Under the pieces are notes generated by a model. It did no database searches. It saw only the letters and a program-made list of their open reading frames with translations, and was not told the origin of the DNA. From Pseudolabrys sp. (GTDB lineage: Bacteria; Pseudomonadota; Alphaproteobacteria; Rhizobiales; Xanthobacteraceae), in the NCBI GenBank assembly GCA_043734185.1, contig JAYTFS010000296.1, positions 1 through 54,756 of the forward strand: 54,756 bases of DNA, written 5' to 3'. Positions 9,760-18,372 of the stretch are shown here, piece by piece; position 1 is the first letter of the stretch; every line of letters begins with the position of its first letter. The translations under genes and the position numbers were made by a program.

Positions 9760-10854
9760 CTAAGCGGTTGGCTCTGCGCTCTGCATCGATTGCACTTCGG
9801 TGAGCTGAGCGTTTTGGTTTTGCGCCGGTTGCGCCATCGTAGGCTCCAGGCTCCGCACGTTTTGCCCCTCGGGCGCGGGTGCGACATCCGCTACCGCCTG
9901 GACGCCTTGGTTGGGCGCATCCACTTGCGTCGACGTGGCCGCCTGCACGGATTCCGCAGGCGACATGCTGGCGTGCGGCGTCTGGCTCGCGTGCACGGTC
10001 ACATCGACCGACATGCCGAGAAACTCTCCCAGCCTGCCTTCGAAGGTGCCGGAGATCGGCAGTGCCTGCGAAGGATCGCGCGTCACCGCGATACGAATGA
10101 GATTGTCACCGGCGATCAGGCCATTGGTCGGGTCGTATTCCACCCAGCCGGCGCCCGGCAGATAGACATCGGCCCAGGCGTGCGTTGCGCCGGAGCCCTG
10201 CATCGCGCCGCCGGCGCCGTCGAGCGCGGGGTCATACAGATAGCCGGTGACGAAGCGCGCGCCGAAACCAAGGCTGCGCACCGCCTCAATGAACAGCAAG
10301 GCGAAGTCGCGGCAGGTGCCGCTCTTTTTCTCCAGCGTCTCGATCGGCGCCTGTGTGCCCTCCTCGTAGCGCACAAGATAGGCGAATTCGTTTTTGATGG
10401 CGACGTTGATGTTCGACAGCAGATTGTACGTCGACATGAACCGGCCCTTGACGAAGCGCTTGGCCCACTCGTCCAGCAATCCATTGGGATCGGGATAATG
10501 CCGGTCGAGCAGGCGGCCGAGATCGCTGCGGTCGTTGGCCGAATAGACGAAGGGGTACACCTGCGCCTCGGGCGCAATCGGAAATACCGGGCGCGTCAGT
10601 CCGTAGTGCTCAAGATGCAGCGTGCTCACGATCAGCAGGTCGGTCGCGTCTTGGCTGAACTCCACCTGCGCGACGGAATTGCCGAACACGTCGTGCATCC
10701 ACCGGGAGTGGCCCGGCGGGGACAGCGTCAGTTCGGCGGCGACCAGGCGCAAGTCGTGGCTGTCGCGCGGCCGCAGCATCAGGCGATGCGTGCCGAGCGA
10801 AACCGGATGCGCGTAGCGGTAGTGGGTCTCATGGCGGACCGTGAGATATTTCAT
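9760..10854 (-). CDS. Transglutaminase-like protein (Bact_transglu_N plus core) with low-complexity C-terminal tail
   Basis: TVRHETHYRY N-domain; catalytic triad GTCRDFA (Cys), THAWADVY (His), WVEYDPTN (Asp). Confidence 0.93.
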   Translation of the reverse strand: MKYLTVRHETHYRYAHPVSLGTHRLMLRPRDSHDLRLVAAELTLSPPGHSRWMHDVFGNSVAQVEFSQDATDLLIVSTLHLEHYGLTRPVFPIAPEAQVYPFVYSANDRSDLGRLLDRHYPDPNGLLDEWAKRFVKGRFMSTYNLLSNINVAIKNEFAYLVRYEEGTQAPIETLEKKSGTCRDFALLFIEAVRSLGFGARFVTGYLYDPALDGAGGAMQGSGATHAWADVYLPGAGWVEYDPTNGLIAGDNLIRIAVTRDPSQALPISGTFEGRLGEFLGMSVDVTVHASQTPHASMSPAESVQAATSTQVDAPNQGVQAVADVAPAPEGQNVRSLEPTMAQPAQNQNAQLTEVQSMQSAEPTA

Positions 10855-10880
10855 ACTTTTCCGTGCTGGCTGAGGGCCGT

Positions 10881-11063
10881 CTAATCTCGGGTGCCGCCTT
10901 CGGCTTCGCAAGGCTCTAAAAGATCAGGCCGCTTGGAGTTCGGGTCGATTTTAGACGATTCTGGGGCGGCCGGAGGCACAAGCGTAGGCAAAACCGGGGC
11001 AAAACCAAAGCCGGTATGACGCTGCATGCTCATAGGAACGGGATAACACCAACGCTCTGCCAC
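10881..11063 (-). CDS. Possible small ORF or leader peptide upstream of the transglutaminase
   Basis: GTG start 7 nt after GAAAGGG; stop 26 nt before the transglutaminase ATG; codon usage atypical (T-ending), so it may be non-coding. Confidence 0.3.
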   Translation of the reverse strand: MAERWCYPVPMSMQRHTGFGFAPVLPTLVPPAAPESSKIDPNSKRPDLLEPCEAEGGTRD

Positions 11064-11100
11064 GACGCGACCCTTTCCCCGGTTTGGGTTGCGGGGAGTG

Positions 11101-11125
11101 AATGCACCGGACGGGGTAAAGTTCC
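11101..11125 (-). promoter_or_regulatory. Putative EcfG/SigT (general stress response) promoter
   Basis: Minus strand GGAAC-N16-CATT, matching the alphaproteobacterial EcfG consensus GGAAC-N16/17-C(G/A)TT. Confidence 0.6.
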
Positions 11126-11145
11126 ACTATTCGCTGGGGTTTTGG

Positions 11146-12597
11146 TTAAGCCAATTTGTGCCGCGCCAGCAGCGCGCGCACTTCCTCGACAAGCCGGGCT
11201 TCATCGACCAGGAATTGCGAGTCCGTCTGCTTCTTGAGGTACTCGTCGCGGTCCTTGATGGCGGTGAGGTTGGCGCCAAGGATCAGGTCCTTGATCTGCA
11301 CTTTCCTGGCGGCCTTTTCGTCGCTGCCCTGGATGATGGCGCAAGGCGATGAGCGCTTGTCGGCGTATTTGAGCTGGGTGCCGAGATTGTTCTTCGGGTT
11401 GCCGAGGTAAAGTTCGGCGCTGATTTTGGCGGCGCGCAAGGCGGCGACCATTTTCTGGTAATCGGCCATGCGGTCGCGGTCGAACACGGTGACGACCACA
11501 GGGCCGGGGACCGGCTTGCTGTCGAGCTTGCCGAGCGCGGTCAGCGCCGCTTGCAGGCGTGACACGCCGATGGAAAAGCCGGTGGCCGGCACCGGTTGTC
11601 CCATAAAACGCGACACCAGCCCGTCGTAACGCCCGCCGCCGCCGACCGAACCGAAACGCACCGGGCGGCCTTTTTCATCCTTGATCTCGAAGGTGAGTTC
11701 GACCTCATAGACCGGCCCGGTGTAATATTCGAGGCCGCGCACGACGGTTTTGTCGATGCGAATACGATCCTCATATCCGGCTGCTTTCACCAGCGAAGCG
11801 ATTTCCGAAAGCTCCTGGTCGCCGGCGTTGGCGGCGTCATTCGCAGCGCCGCCTTTACCAGTGATTGCCGCGACGATGCTTTCTATTTGAGACTCGTTGA
11901 GCTCGGCGCCCTTTGTGAAGTCGCCGCTTTCGTCTTTGCGACCTTTGGCGAGCAGCATCCGCACGCCCTCAATGCCGAGGCGGTCGAGCTTGTCGATGGC
12001 GCGCATGGTGATGAGACGCTTTTCGGCTGGGATTTGGACCGCGTCCATTGCGCCATCTAGCACCTTGCGGTTATTCACCTTCACCACATAACTGCCGCGC
12101 GGAATGCCGAGCGCTTCCATGATGTCCGCCGCCAACATGCACATCTCGGCATCGGCGGCCATCGACGCCGCGCCCACCGTATCCGCGTCGAATTGCATGA
12201 ACTGGCGGAAGCGGCCGGGACCGGGCTTCTCGTTGCGGAATACCCAGCCGTGCCGATACGAGCGATAGGGCTTGGGCAGGTTCTCGAAATTCTCCGCCAC
12301 ATAGCGCGCCAGCGGCGCCGTCAAATCGTAGCGCAGCGAGAGCCACTGCTCGTCGTCGTCCTGGAACGAGAACACGCCTTCGTTCGGCCGGTCCTGGTCG
12401 GGCAAAAATTTGCCGAGCGCGTCGGTGTATTCGATCGCCGGCGTTTCCACCGGCTCGAAGCCGTAACGCTCGAACACGGCGCGAATGGCCTCGACCATCA
12501 GGCGGGTGGCGGCGAGCTCGGCCGGCCCGCGGTCGCCAAGCCCGCGCGGCAGGCGCGCCTTGACCTTATGGGATTTGCCGGATTTTGGGTCGGCCAT
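11146..12597 (-). CDS. hisS: Histidyl-tRNA synthetase
   Basis: [11 protein letters not shown], motif 2 [36 protein letters not shown], anticodon domain QLKYADK. Confidence 0.98.
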   Translation of the reverse strand: MADPKSGKSHKVKARLPRGLGDRGPAELAATRLMVEAIRAVFERYGFEPVETPAIEYTDALGKFLPDQDRPNEGVFSFQDDDEQWLSLRYDLTAPLARYVAENFENLPKPYRSYRHGWVFRNEKPGPGRFRQFMQFDADTVGAASMAADAEMCMLAADIMEALGIPRGSYVVKVNNRKVLDGAMDAVQIPAEKRLITMRAIDKLDRLGIEGVRMLLAKGRKDESGDFTKGAELNESQIESIVAAITGKGGAANDAANAGDQELSEIASLVKAAGYEDRIRIDKTVVRGLEYYTGPVYEVELTFEIKDEKGRPVRFGSVGGGGRYDGLVSRFMGQPVPATGFSIGVSRLQAALTALGKLDSKPVPGPVVVTVFDRDRMADYQKMVAALRAAKISAELYLGNPKNNLGTQLKYADKRSSPCAIIQGSDEKAARKVQIKDLILGANLTAIKDRDEYLKKQTDSQFLVDEARLVEEVRALLARHKLA

Positions 12598-12666
12598 CGG
12601 CGGCTTTATGAGTCGCGGGTTGTAATGGCCGGGTGGTAGCAGCCGCGTTGCAACGCGGCAAGGCGT

Positions 12667-13188
12667 TCAGCCCAGCTTGGCCATCAGCCACCACATCGCC
12701 TCGAGGCTGAGGCTGACGCCGGTGGCGATCACAATGACCAGCAGCACCAGTTTGAGATTTCCCTGCACCATGTCGGTAAACTGCCGGCGCAGCACGTTGA
12801 AGTGGGTGATGGCGCGGAACGCCGGCACATAGTGCCCGCGCGGCAATTCGATGACGACCGGATCGCTGCTGCCGCCATCGGTGTAATAATGATCGAGCGC
12901 GCGCCGCAGCCAGCCGGCCTCGACGCGCACGATCGGGTCGTTCTGCGGGTCGAAACTGGCGTCGCAGCCGAGCGCGTCGGCGGCGATCGTATAGGCCTTG
13001 ATACGTTCAGCGCGCCCGGCCAGCGTCTCGTCGACCACGAAGCGAAGGAAGTTGGCCAACTGCGGTGATTTGCTCAGGTGGGCGCTGGCGACAATGCGAT
13101 CCAGCGCGGCGCGAACGTCCGCCTGCTGCGGTTGCTAGTCGGTCTCATGGCGTAATGCTTTCAAGGTTTCGAGCGCCGCAGCGATCAC
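12667..13188 (-). pseudogene. Probable pseudogene: N-terminal domain typical of TolB-like/adenylate-cyclase-associated regulators plus a C-terminal TM
   Basis: VRAALDRIVAS...SPQLANFLRFVVDETLAG...IKAYTIA...FDPQNDPIVRVEA...IELPRGHYVPAF; in-frame TAG at 13135-13137 separates a GTG start (13188) from the conserved helix. Confidence 0.65.
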
Positions 13189-13307
13189 CTAATCGCCGCA
13201 AGGCCGCTCTCCCAGTTTCCCCCGAAATCGGCATCACGAACTATTTGTATTGATTTGTCACATTATGAAAAGCGGCGCAGTTCAAAGTAGCTCACTTAGC
13301 GCAAATA

Positions 13308-14000
13308 TTATTTGGCGCCGTTCAGCTCGCCATCGCGCAGCACCATATTGAGCAGCGACGTGTTGACGTGCAGGTCGCCGTGGGTGTCGCCGTTGTAATC
13401 GATGAAGCCGAGCCGACGAAATTTATTCATGAAAAAGCTGACGCGCGAGCGCGTCGTGCCGATCATCTCGGCCAGCGTTTCCTGGCTGATCTTGGCGATT
13501 ACCGGCTCTGGCTTGCTGTCCTTACCGAAATTTGCCAGCAGCAGAAGTGTGCGGGCCAGACGTTTTTCGGATGAATTGAACAGCTGATCGACCAGATCCT
13601 CCTCGACACGGCTGTTGCGGTGCAGGAGGTGCGCGATGAACAGCTCGGAAAATTGCGGTTCATCATGCAGCACGCGCTGCATGGAGGCCCGTTCCAACCG
13701 CATGATCAGGCAATCCGTCATGGCGGTGGCGGTCGCCAGACGCTTCGTCTGGCCATTCAGGCAACCTTCGCCGAAGAAATCCTCGGGTCCGATGACCGCC
13801 AGCACGGCTTCCTTGCCGTTCTCGGAGGTAACAGTGATCTTAACCTTGCCTTTTTGCAGATAAAAAATTGCGTTAGCGGCGCCACCCTGCGAATAAATGA
13901 CATCGTGCTCGCTAAATTTTTCGTTGGTCCTGCCGCTGCCTATTTTGGAGAGGAAAGTTTTGGAATCAAACGCAACGATTTTCTTCTTGGCTGCCATCAT
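13308..14000 (-). CDS. Crp/Fnr-family transcriptional regulator
   Basis: cNMP-binding fold FFGEGCL; HTH SQETLAEMIGTTRSRVSFFMNKFR. Confidence 0.95.
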   Translation of the reverse strand: MMAAKKKIVAFDSKTFLSKIGSGRTNEKFSEHDVIYSQGGAANAIFYLQKGKVKITVTSENGKEAVLAVIGPEDFFGEGCLNGQTKRLATATAMTDCLIMRLERASMQRVLHDEPQFSELFIAHLLHRNSRVEEDLVDQLFNSSEKRLARTLLLLANFGKDSKPEPVIAKISQETLAEMIGTTRSRVSFFMNKFRRLGFIDYNGDTHGDLHVNTSLLNMVLRDGELNGAK

Positions 14001-14146
14001 TCCCCCTTTCTGCAGGCGCCGCCCCCGGCGAGTAGCCGCGAAAGATGTGCGGGTAGGATAGGCCGGCTTGATTCGAAGCCGCCGGTATTACTATCCGCTA
14101 GATTGAATTGCACAAAAATTATCTGTCCAATGCCCGACAGACAATA

Positions 14147-14162
14147 TGTCCGCCATCGGACA
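14147..14162. promoter_or_regulatory. Palindromic operator, probable Crp/Fnr-type site
   Basis: TGTCCG-N4-CGGACA perfect inverted repeat about 150 bp upstream of the Crp/Fnr gene; weaker copy TGTCCA-N4-CCGACA at 14124-14139. Confidence 0.55.
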
Positions 14163-14396
14163 CATGCATATGTGGCCGGTTTCGGAGCTGGGTCAATGTC
14201 ACGTTCGCGTGAAAGTGGAATAAGTCTTGTTGTTGGATTGCCATAGCTGGGCCGCAAAGCGCCGAGATAACTGGCACGATGGAGCATGATAGTTTTCTAT
14301 TACGCGCCGCAGCAATTTCGGGTTGTAATCTGCAGGTGAAACGGTGCATCCGAAACCGAACGCTGCCCAATATTGGGTAGAACGTGGAGTAGATCG

Positions 14397-15740
14397 ATGG
14401 CTTCCAGCCGACCCAATGCCGTTTCGAGCGTTCCCAACGACCTCGAACCCTATTGGATGCCGTTCACGCCGAACCGCGCTTTCAAGAAGCGGCCGCGGCT
14501 GGTCGCCTCCGCCAAGGACATGCACTACGTCACCCCGGACGGCCGCAAGCTGCTCGATGGCTCAGCCGGCCTGTGGTGCACCAATGCCGGCCATAACCGC
14601 GACCCGATCGTCGCCGCTATCCAGGCTCAGGCCGCGGAGATGGACTACGCGCCGCCGTTTCAGTTTGCTCATCCCAAGGCTTTTGAGCTGGCGTCGCGCG
14701 TCGCGGCCTTGGCGCCGGGCGATCTCGATCATGTGTTCTTCTGCAATTCCGGCTCGGAGGCGGTCGATACCGCGCTCAAGATCGCGCTCGCTTATCACAG
14801 CGTGCGCGGCAACGCGTCGCGGGTGCGGCTGATCGGCCGCGAGCGCGGCTATCACGGCGTCGGCTTCGGCGGCGTCGCGGTTGGCGGCATCGTCAACAAC
14901 CGCAAGCAATTCGGCGCGCTGCTCGCCGGCGTCGATCACCTGCCCTCGACCTATAATCGCGCCGAGCAGGCTTACTCGGTCGACCAGCCGGAATGGGGCG
15001 CGCACCTCGCCGATGCGCTCGACGGCCTGGTCGCGCTGCATGATGCTTCGACCATTGCGGCCGTCATCGTCGAGCCGATGGCGGGCTCGACCGGCGTGCT
15101 GGCGCCGCCGAAGGGTTATCTGCAACGCTTGCGCGCGATTTGCGACAAGCACGGAATTCTTTTGATATTCGACGAAGTGATCACCGGCTTCGGCCGTCTC
15201 GGTCATGCGTTTGCGGCCGAGCGCTACGGCGTGGTGCCCGACATGATCACCTTCGCCAAGGGCATCACCTCAGGCAGCGTGCCGATGGGCGGGGTGCTGG
15301 CGCGAAAAGCTATCTACGACGCCTTCATGCAAGGGCCCGAGCACGTCATCGAACTGTTCCACGGCTACACATATTCGGCGCATCCGCTCGCTTGCGCTGC
15401 GGGCCTGGCCACGCTCGATCTTTACCGCGACGAAGACTTGTTCGCGCGCGCGCTCAAGTTCGAAACGCCGTGGGCGCAAGCGGCGATGGCGCTCAAGGGC
15501 CTGCCGAACGTGCTGGATATTCGCCCGGTCGGCTTGACGCTCGGCATCGATCTGGCGAGCAAACCCGACGGCGTGGGAAAACGCGGCTACGAGGCGCTCG
15601 ACGCCGCATTTTACGATCACGGCCTGATGCTGCGCGCGGTGGGCGATACTTTGGCGCTAAGTCCCCCGCTGATCGTCAGCGAGGCTCAGATCGGCGAGAT
15701 CTTCGACAAGGTCGCAAAGATCATCAAGGCAGTGGCTTAG
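14397..15740 (+). CDS. Class III aminotransferase (omega-amino acid/beta-alanine:pyruvate aminotransferase)
   Basis: YWMPFT, GLWCTNAGH, NSGSEAVDTALK, FDEVITGFGR, PLP-lysine in TFAKG, HGYTYSAHP. Confidence 0.95.
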   Translation: MASSRPNAVSSVPNDLEPYWMPFTPNRAFKKRPRLVASAKDMHYVTPDGRKLLDGSAGLWCTNAGHNRDPIVAAIQAQAAEMDYAPPFQFAHPKAFELASRVAALAPGDLDHVFFCNSGSEAVDTALKIALAYHSVRGNASRVRLIGRERGYHGVGFGGVAVGGIVNNRKQFGALLAGVDHLPSTYNRAEQAYSVDQPEWGAHLADALDGLVALHDASTIAAVIVEPMAGSTGVLAPPKGYLQRLRAICDKHGILLIFDEVITGFGRLGHAFAAERYGVVPDMITFAKGITSGSVPMGGVLARKAIYDAFMQGPEHVIELFHGYTYSAHPLACAAGLATLDLYRDEDLFARALKFETPWAQAAMALKGLPNVLDIRPVGLTLGIDLASKPDGVGKRGYEALDAAFYDHGLMLRAVGDTLALSPPLIVSEAQIGEIFDKVAKIIKAVA

Positions 15741-16711
15741 CGCTTCGTTTTGCTTGGTTTCGTCGCCGCTGGCTTGTCGACCTCGGTCTCGGCAATCAAA
15801 TAATTCGGCCGCTTGCGCGCTTCGCGCAGGATGCGGCCGAGATATTCACCGAAGATTCCCAGCACCAGCAGTTGCGCTGCGCCGAGAATGGCGATTGCCG
15901 CCATGATCGAGGTCCAGCCGGCCACGGTGTGCTGCACGAAATAAAAGCTGACGATGGAATAGATCACGAACAGAAAGCCGGTGGCGGCAAAGCCGAGCGC
16001 CAGATAAATGGCGAAACGCAATGGCCGCAGGCTGTGCCCGGCAATTCCGGTCACCGCCAGTTCGATCATGCGGCGCAAAGTGTACTTGCTCTCGCCGCTC
16101 TGCCGCCGACCGCGATTGTAAGGCACGGTGGTGAGCGGATAGCCGAACCAGCGCACCATGCCGCGCAAAAACAGGTCGTAATCGTCAAGGGCGTTGACCT
16201 GATCGACCACCACGCGGTCGAGCAGCATATAGTCGGCGCTGCCCGGCTCGATGCGCACGTCGCCGATGGCGTCGAGCAGGCGGTAATACATGTTCGAGGT
16301 CACGCGCTTGAGCAACGACACGCTTTCGGCATCATCGATGCGCTGTGCGCCGACCACCTTGAAGCCTTCGCGCCATTTTGCAACCAGTTCGCGGATCAAT
16401 TGCGGCGGATGCTCGAAATCCGAATCCATCACCACCACCGCGGTGCCGCGGGCATGCTGCAAACCGGCGCGCAGCGCGGCCTGGTGTCCGAAATTGCGCG
16501 TGAATGAAACGTAACGCACGCGGGCCTCGCTGACCGCAAGCGCGCGCAATTCTTCGAGCGTGCGGTCGGTGCTGCCGTCATTGACGAATATGATTTCATA
16601 ACTGCCGAGCGGCGCTAATTCGGCCTTGAGGGCCGCGCATAACGGCGCGATATTGTCTGCCTCGTTGTGGGCCGGCAGAACGACTGAAAATTCCGGGGAA
16701 TCGGCGCTCAT
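15737..16711 (-). CDS. GT2 polyisoprenyl-phosphate glycosyltransferase
   Basis: LPAHNE, VNDGSTD, RNFGHQAAL, MDSDFEHPP motifs; two C-terminal TMs; GEYLGR. Confidence 0.94.
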   Translation of the reverse strand: MSADSPEFSVVLPAHNEADNIAPLCAALKAELAPLGSYEIIFVNDGSTDRTLEELRALAVSEARVRYVSFTRNFGHQAALRAGLQHARGTAVVVMDSDFEHPPQLIRELVAKWREGFKVVGAQRIDDAESVSLLKRVTSNMYYRLLDAIGDVRIEPGSADYMLLDRVVVDQVNALDDYDLFLRGMVRWFGYPLTTVPYNRGRRQSGESKYTLRRMIELAVTGIAGHSLRPLRFAIYLALGFAATGFLFVIYSIVSFYFVQHTVAGWTSIMAAIAILGAAQLLVLGIFGEYLGRILREARKRPNYLIAETEVDKPAATKPSKTKR

Positions 16712-16790
16712 GGCAGCGCAAAGCTTGACCGATCATAGGCACCGGTTCAACTAGGAATTCAACCAAGATAATTGCCCAAGACAATAGCCC

Positions 16791-18326
16791 ATGAACAGCG
16801 CCATCACCGAGCCGAACAACAGCATCCTGGGCAGGGCGGTTGAGTTTGCCCGCCGGCAACCGGGCAGCGTGCTGGCTTGGGTGCTTGGGTTGCATTTGGT
16901 CGTCTGGACAGTTCTGCCGATCATCGTGTGCCGGAATCTCCAACTCGACCTGGCGGAGGGTCTGGCTGTCGGCAAGGAATGGCAGCTCGGCTATTGGAAG
17001 CATCCACCGCTGCCGTGGTGGCTCGCCGATCTTTTCTATCGGGTGAGCGGGCAAATCGAGTCGGTCTATCTGCTGGGTCCTCTCGTCTCCGTGCTGTGCC
17101 TGTATTTCGTCTGGCGCCTGGCCCGTGACTTGACCAACCCGTTGATCGCGTTGGCCGCCGTGCTCGCGCTCGAAGGCCTGCACTACTACAATTTCTCGGC
17201 TGTGAAATTCGCGCACGACCAGGTGCAGCTGCCGTTCTGGGCGCTGACCGGCTGGTTTGTTTATCGCGCGATCACGAAAAAGCGTGCGCTCGACTGGATT
17301 TTGTCCGGCGCGTTCCTCGCTTTGGCATTCTGGTCGAAATACGCAGCCTTCGCGCTGGCCGCCACCATCGGGTTGATCTTGCTGTTCGATCCGGAAGCTC
17401 GAACATCGTGGCGCACACGCGGGCCTTACCTGATGGCCGCGGCTTTTCTCGTCGTGCTCGCTCTCAATCTGTGGTGGCTGGTCAACAACGACTTCCTGCC
17501 ATTCCGCTATGTCGACAGCCGCGCGCAGGAAGTCGCGTATTGGTATCAGTATCTGACCTTTCCGCTGCGCTGGACGGCAAGCCAGATTTTCTACCTGCTG
17601 CCGGCGGCCGTCCTGTTGGCTTTTCTCTATGGCGGGCGGCTGCCGCAGCGTGGTGACGCAAACTCGCCCTTTGCACTTCGCTATGTGACGGCGCTTGCGC
17701 TCGGGCCGTTTTTGGTCACGACGGCGGTCTCCGGCCTGCTGGGCCGGCTGCCGATCGCTATGTGGGGTTATCCGCTGTGGTCGTTTGCACCCTTGGCGTT
17801 CTTGATGTGGTTTACGCCGCCCGAAGGCGGCCGCCACTGGCGCCAATTCGCCGCAGCCTTTGCAGTCGTCTTTACGCTCGTACCGGCGATCTATGCCGCC
17901 GACGAACTGCTTGAGGCGGTGGTGCGGGACCGGGTCAAGGCGTCGCAATTCCCCGGACGGACCCTTGCCGACATCGTCACCAAGCGCTGGCATGAGATGG
18001 CCGGTACGCCGTTGAAATATGTCGTCGGCGCGCCGATCCGGGGCGGCGGGGGCGAATTCGCCGCCAATAACGTCGCGGTCTATTCGCCGGACCGCCCGCG
18101 CGTGCTGGTCCAAGGCGAGCCAAAGCTGAGCCCCTGGATCGACATGGCCGATTTTGACCGCCAGGGCGGGGTGTTGGTCTGGCAATCGGCCGGCCCGATG
18201 CCGGAGGCCATGCGGGCGCGCTTCCCACGGGCTTTGCCGCAGACCCCGCTGGCGCTGGCCCCCCAGACACTGGTGACGCGTAGCCCTGTTGTGGTTCAGT
18301 TCGCTATAGTGCCCCCGCGGCGTTGA
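16791..18326 (+). CDS. GT-C fold membrane glycosyltransferase (GT83/ArnT/RgtA-D-like, PMT_2)
   Basis: D-x-x-E (LDLAEG), QLGYWKHPPLPWW and SKY motifs; many TM helices; soluble C-terminal domain. Confidence 0.88.
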   Translation: MNSAITEPNNSILGRAVEFARRQPGSVLAWVLGLHLVVWTVLPIIVCRNLQLDLAEGLAVGKEWQLGYWKHPPLPWWLADLFYRVSGQIESVYLLGPLVSVLCLYFVWRLARDLTNPLIALAAVLALEGLHYYNFSAVKFAHDQVQLPFWALTGWFVYRAITKKRALDWILSGAFLALAFWSKYAAFALAATIGLILLFDPEARTSWRTRGPYLMAAAFLVVLALNLWWLVNNDFLPFRYVDSRAQEVAYWYQYLTFPLRWTASQIFYLLPAAVLLAFLYGGRLPQRGDANSPFALRYVTALALGPFLVTTAVSGLLGRLPIAMWGYPLWSFAPLAFLMWFTPPEGGRHWRQFAAAFAVVFTLVPAIYAADELLEAVVRDRVKASQFPGRTLADIVTKRWHEMAGTPLKYVVGAPIRGGGGEFAANNVAVYSPDRPRVLVQGEPKLSPWIDMADFDRQGGVLVWQSAGPMPEAMRARFPRALPQTPLALAPQTLVTRSPVVVQFAIVPPRR

Positions 18327-18372
18327 CGCGAATCACTGAAAGCGGTGAGCGGGGGCCGCCAGGACTAGCCGC

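Noticed and set aside
13135-13137. Pyrrolysine or programmed readthrough at the TAG
   Set aside because: No pyl genes in the window, TAG is used as a normal stop by many genes here, and nearby degenerative substitutions favour a pseudogene
13997-14525. Small ORFs in the Crp-aminotransferase intergenic region
   Set aside because: No motifs or convincing RBS, and atypical codon use; the region looks regulatory
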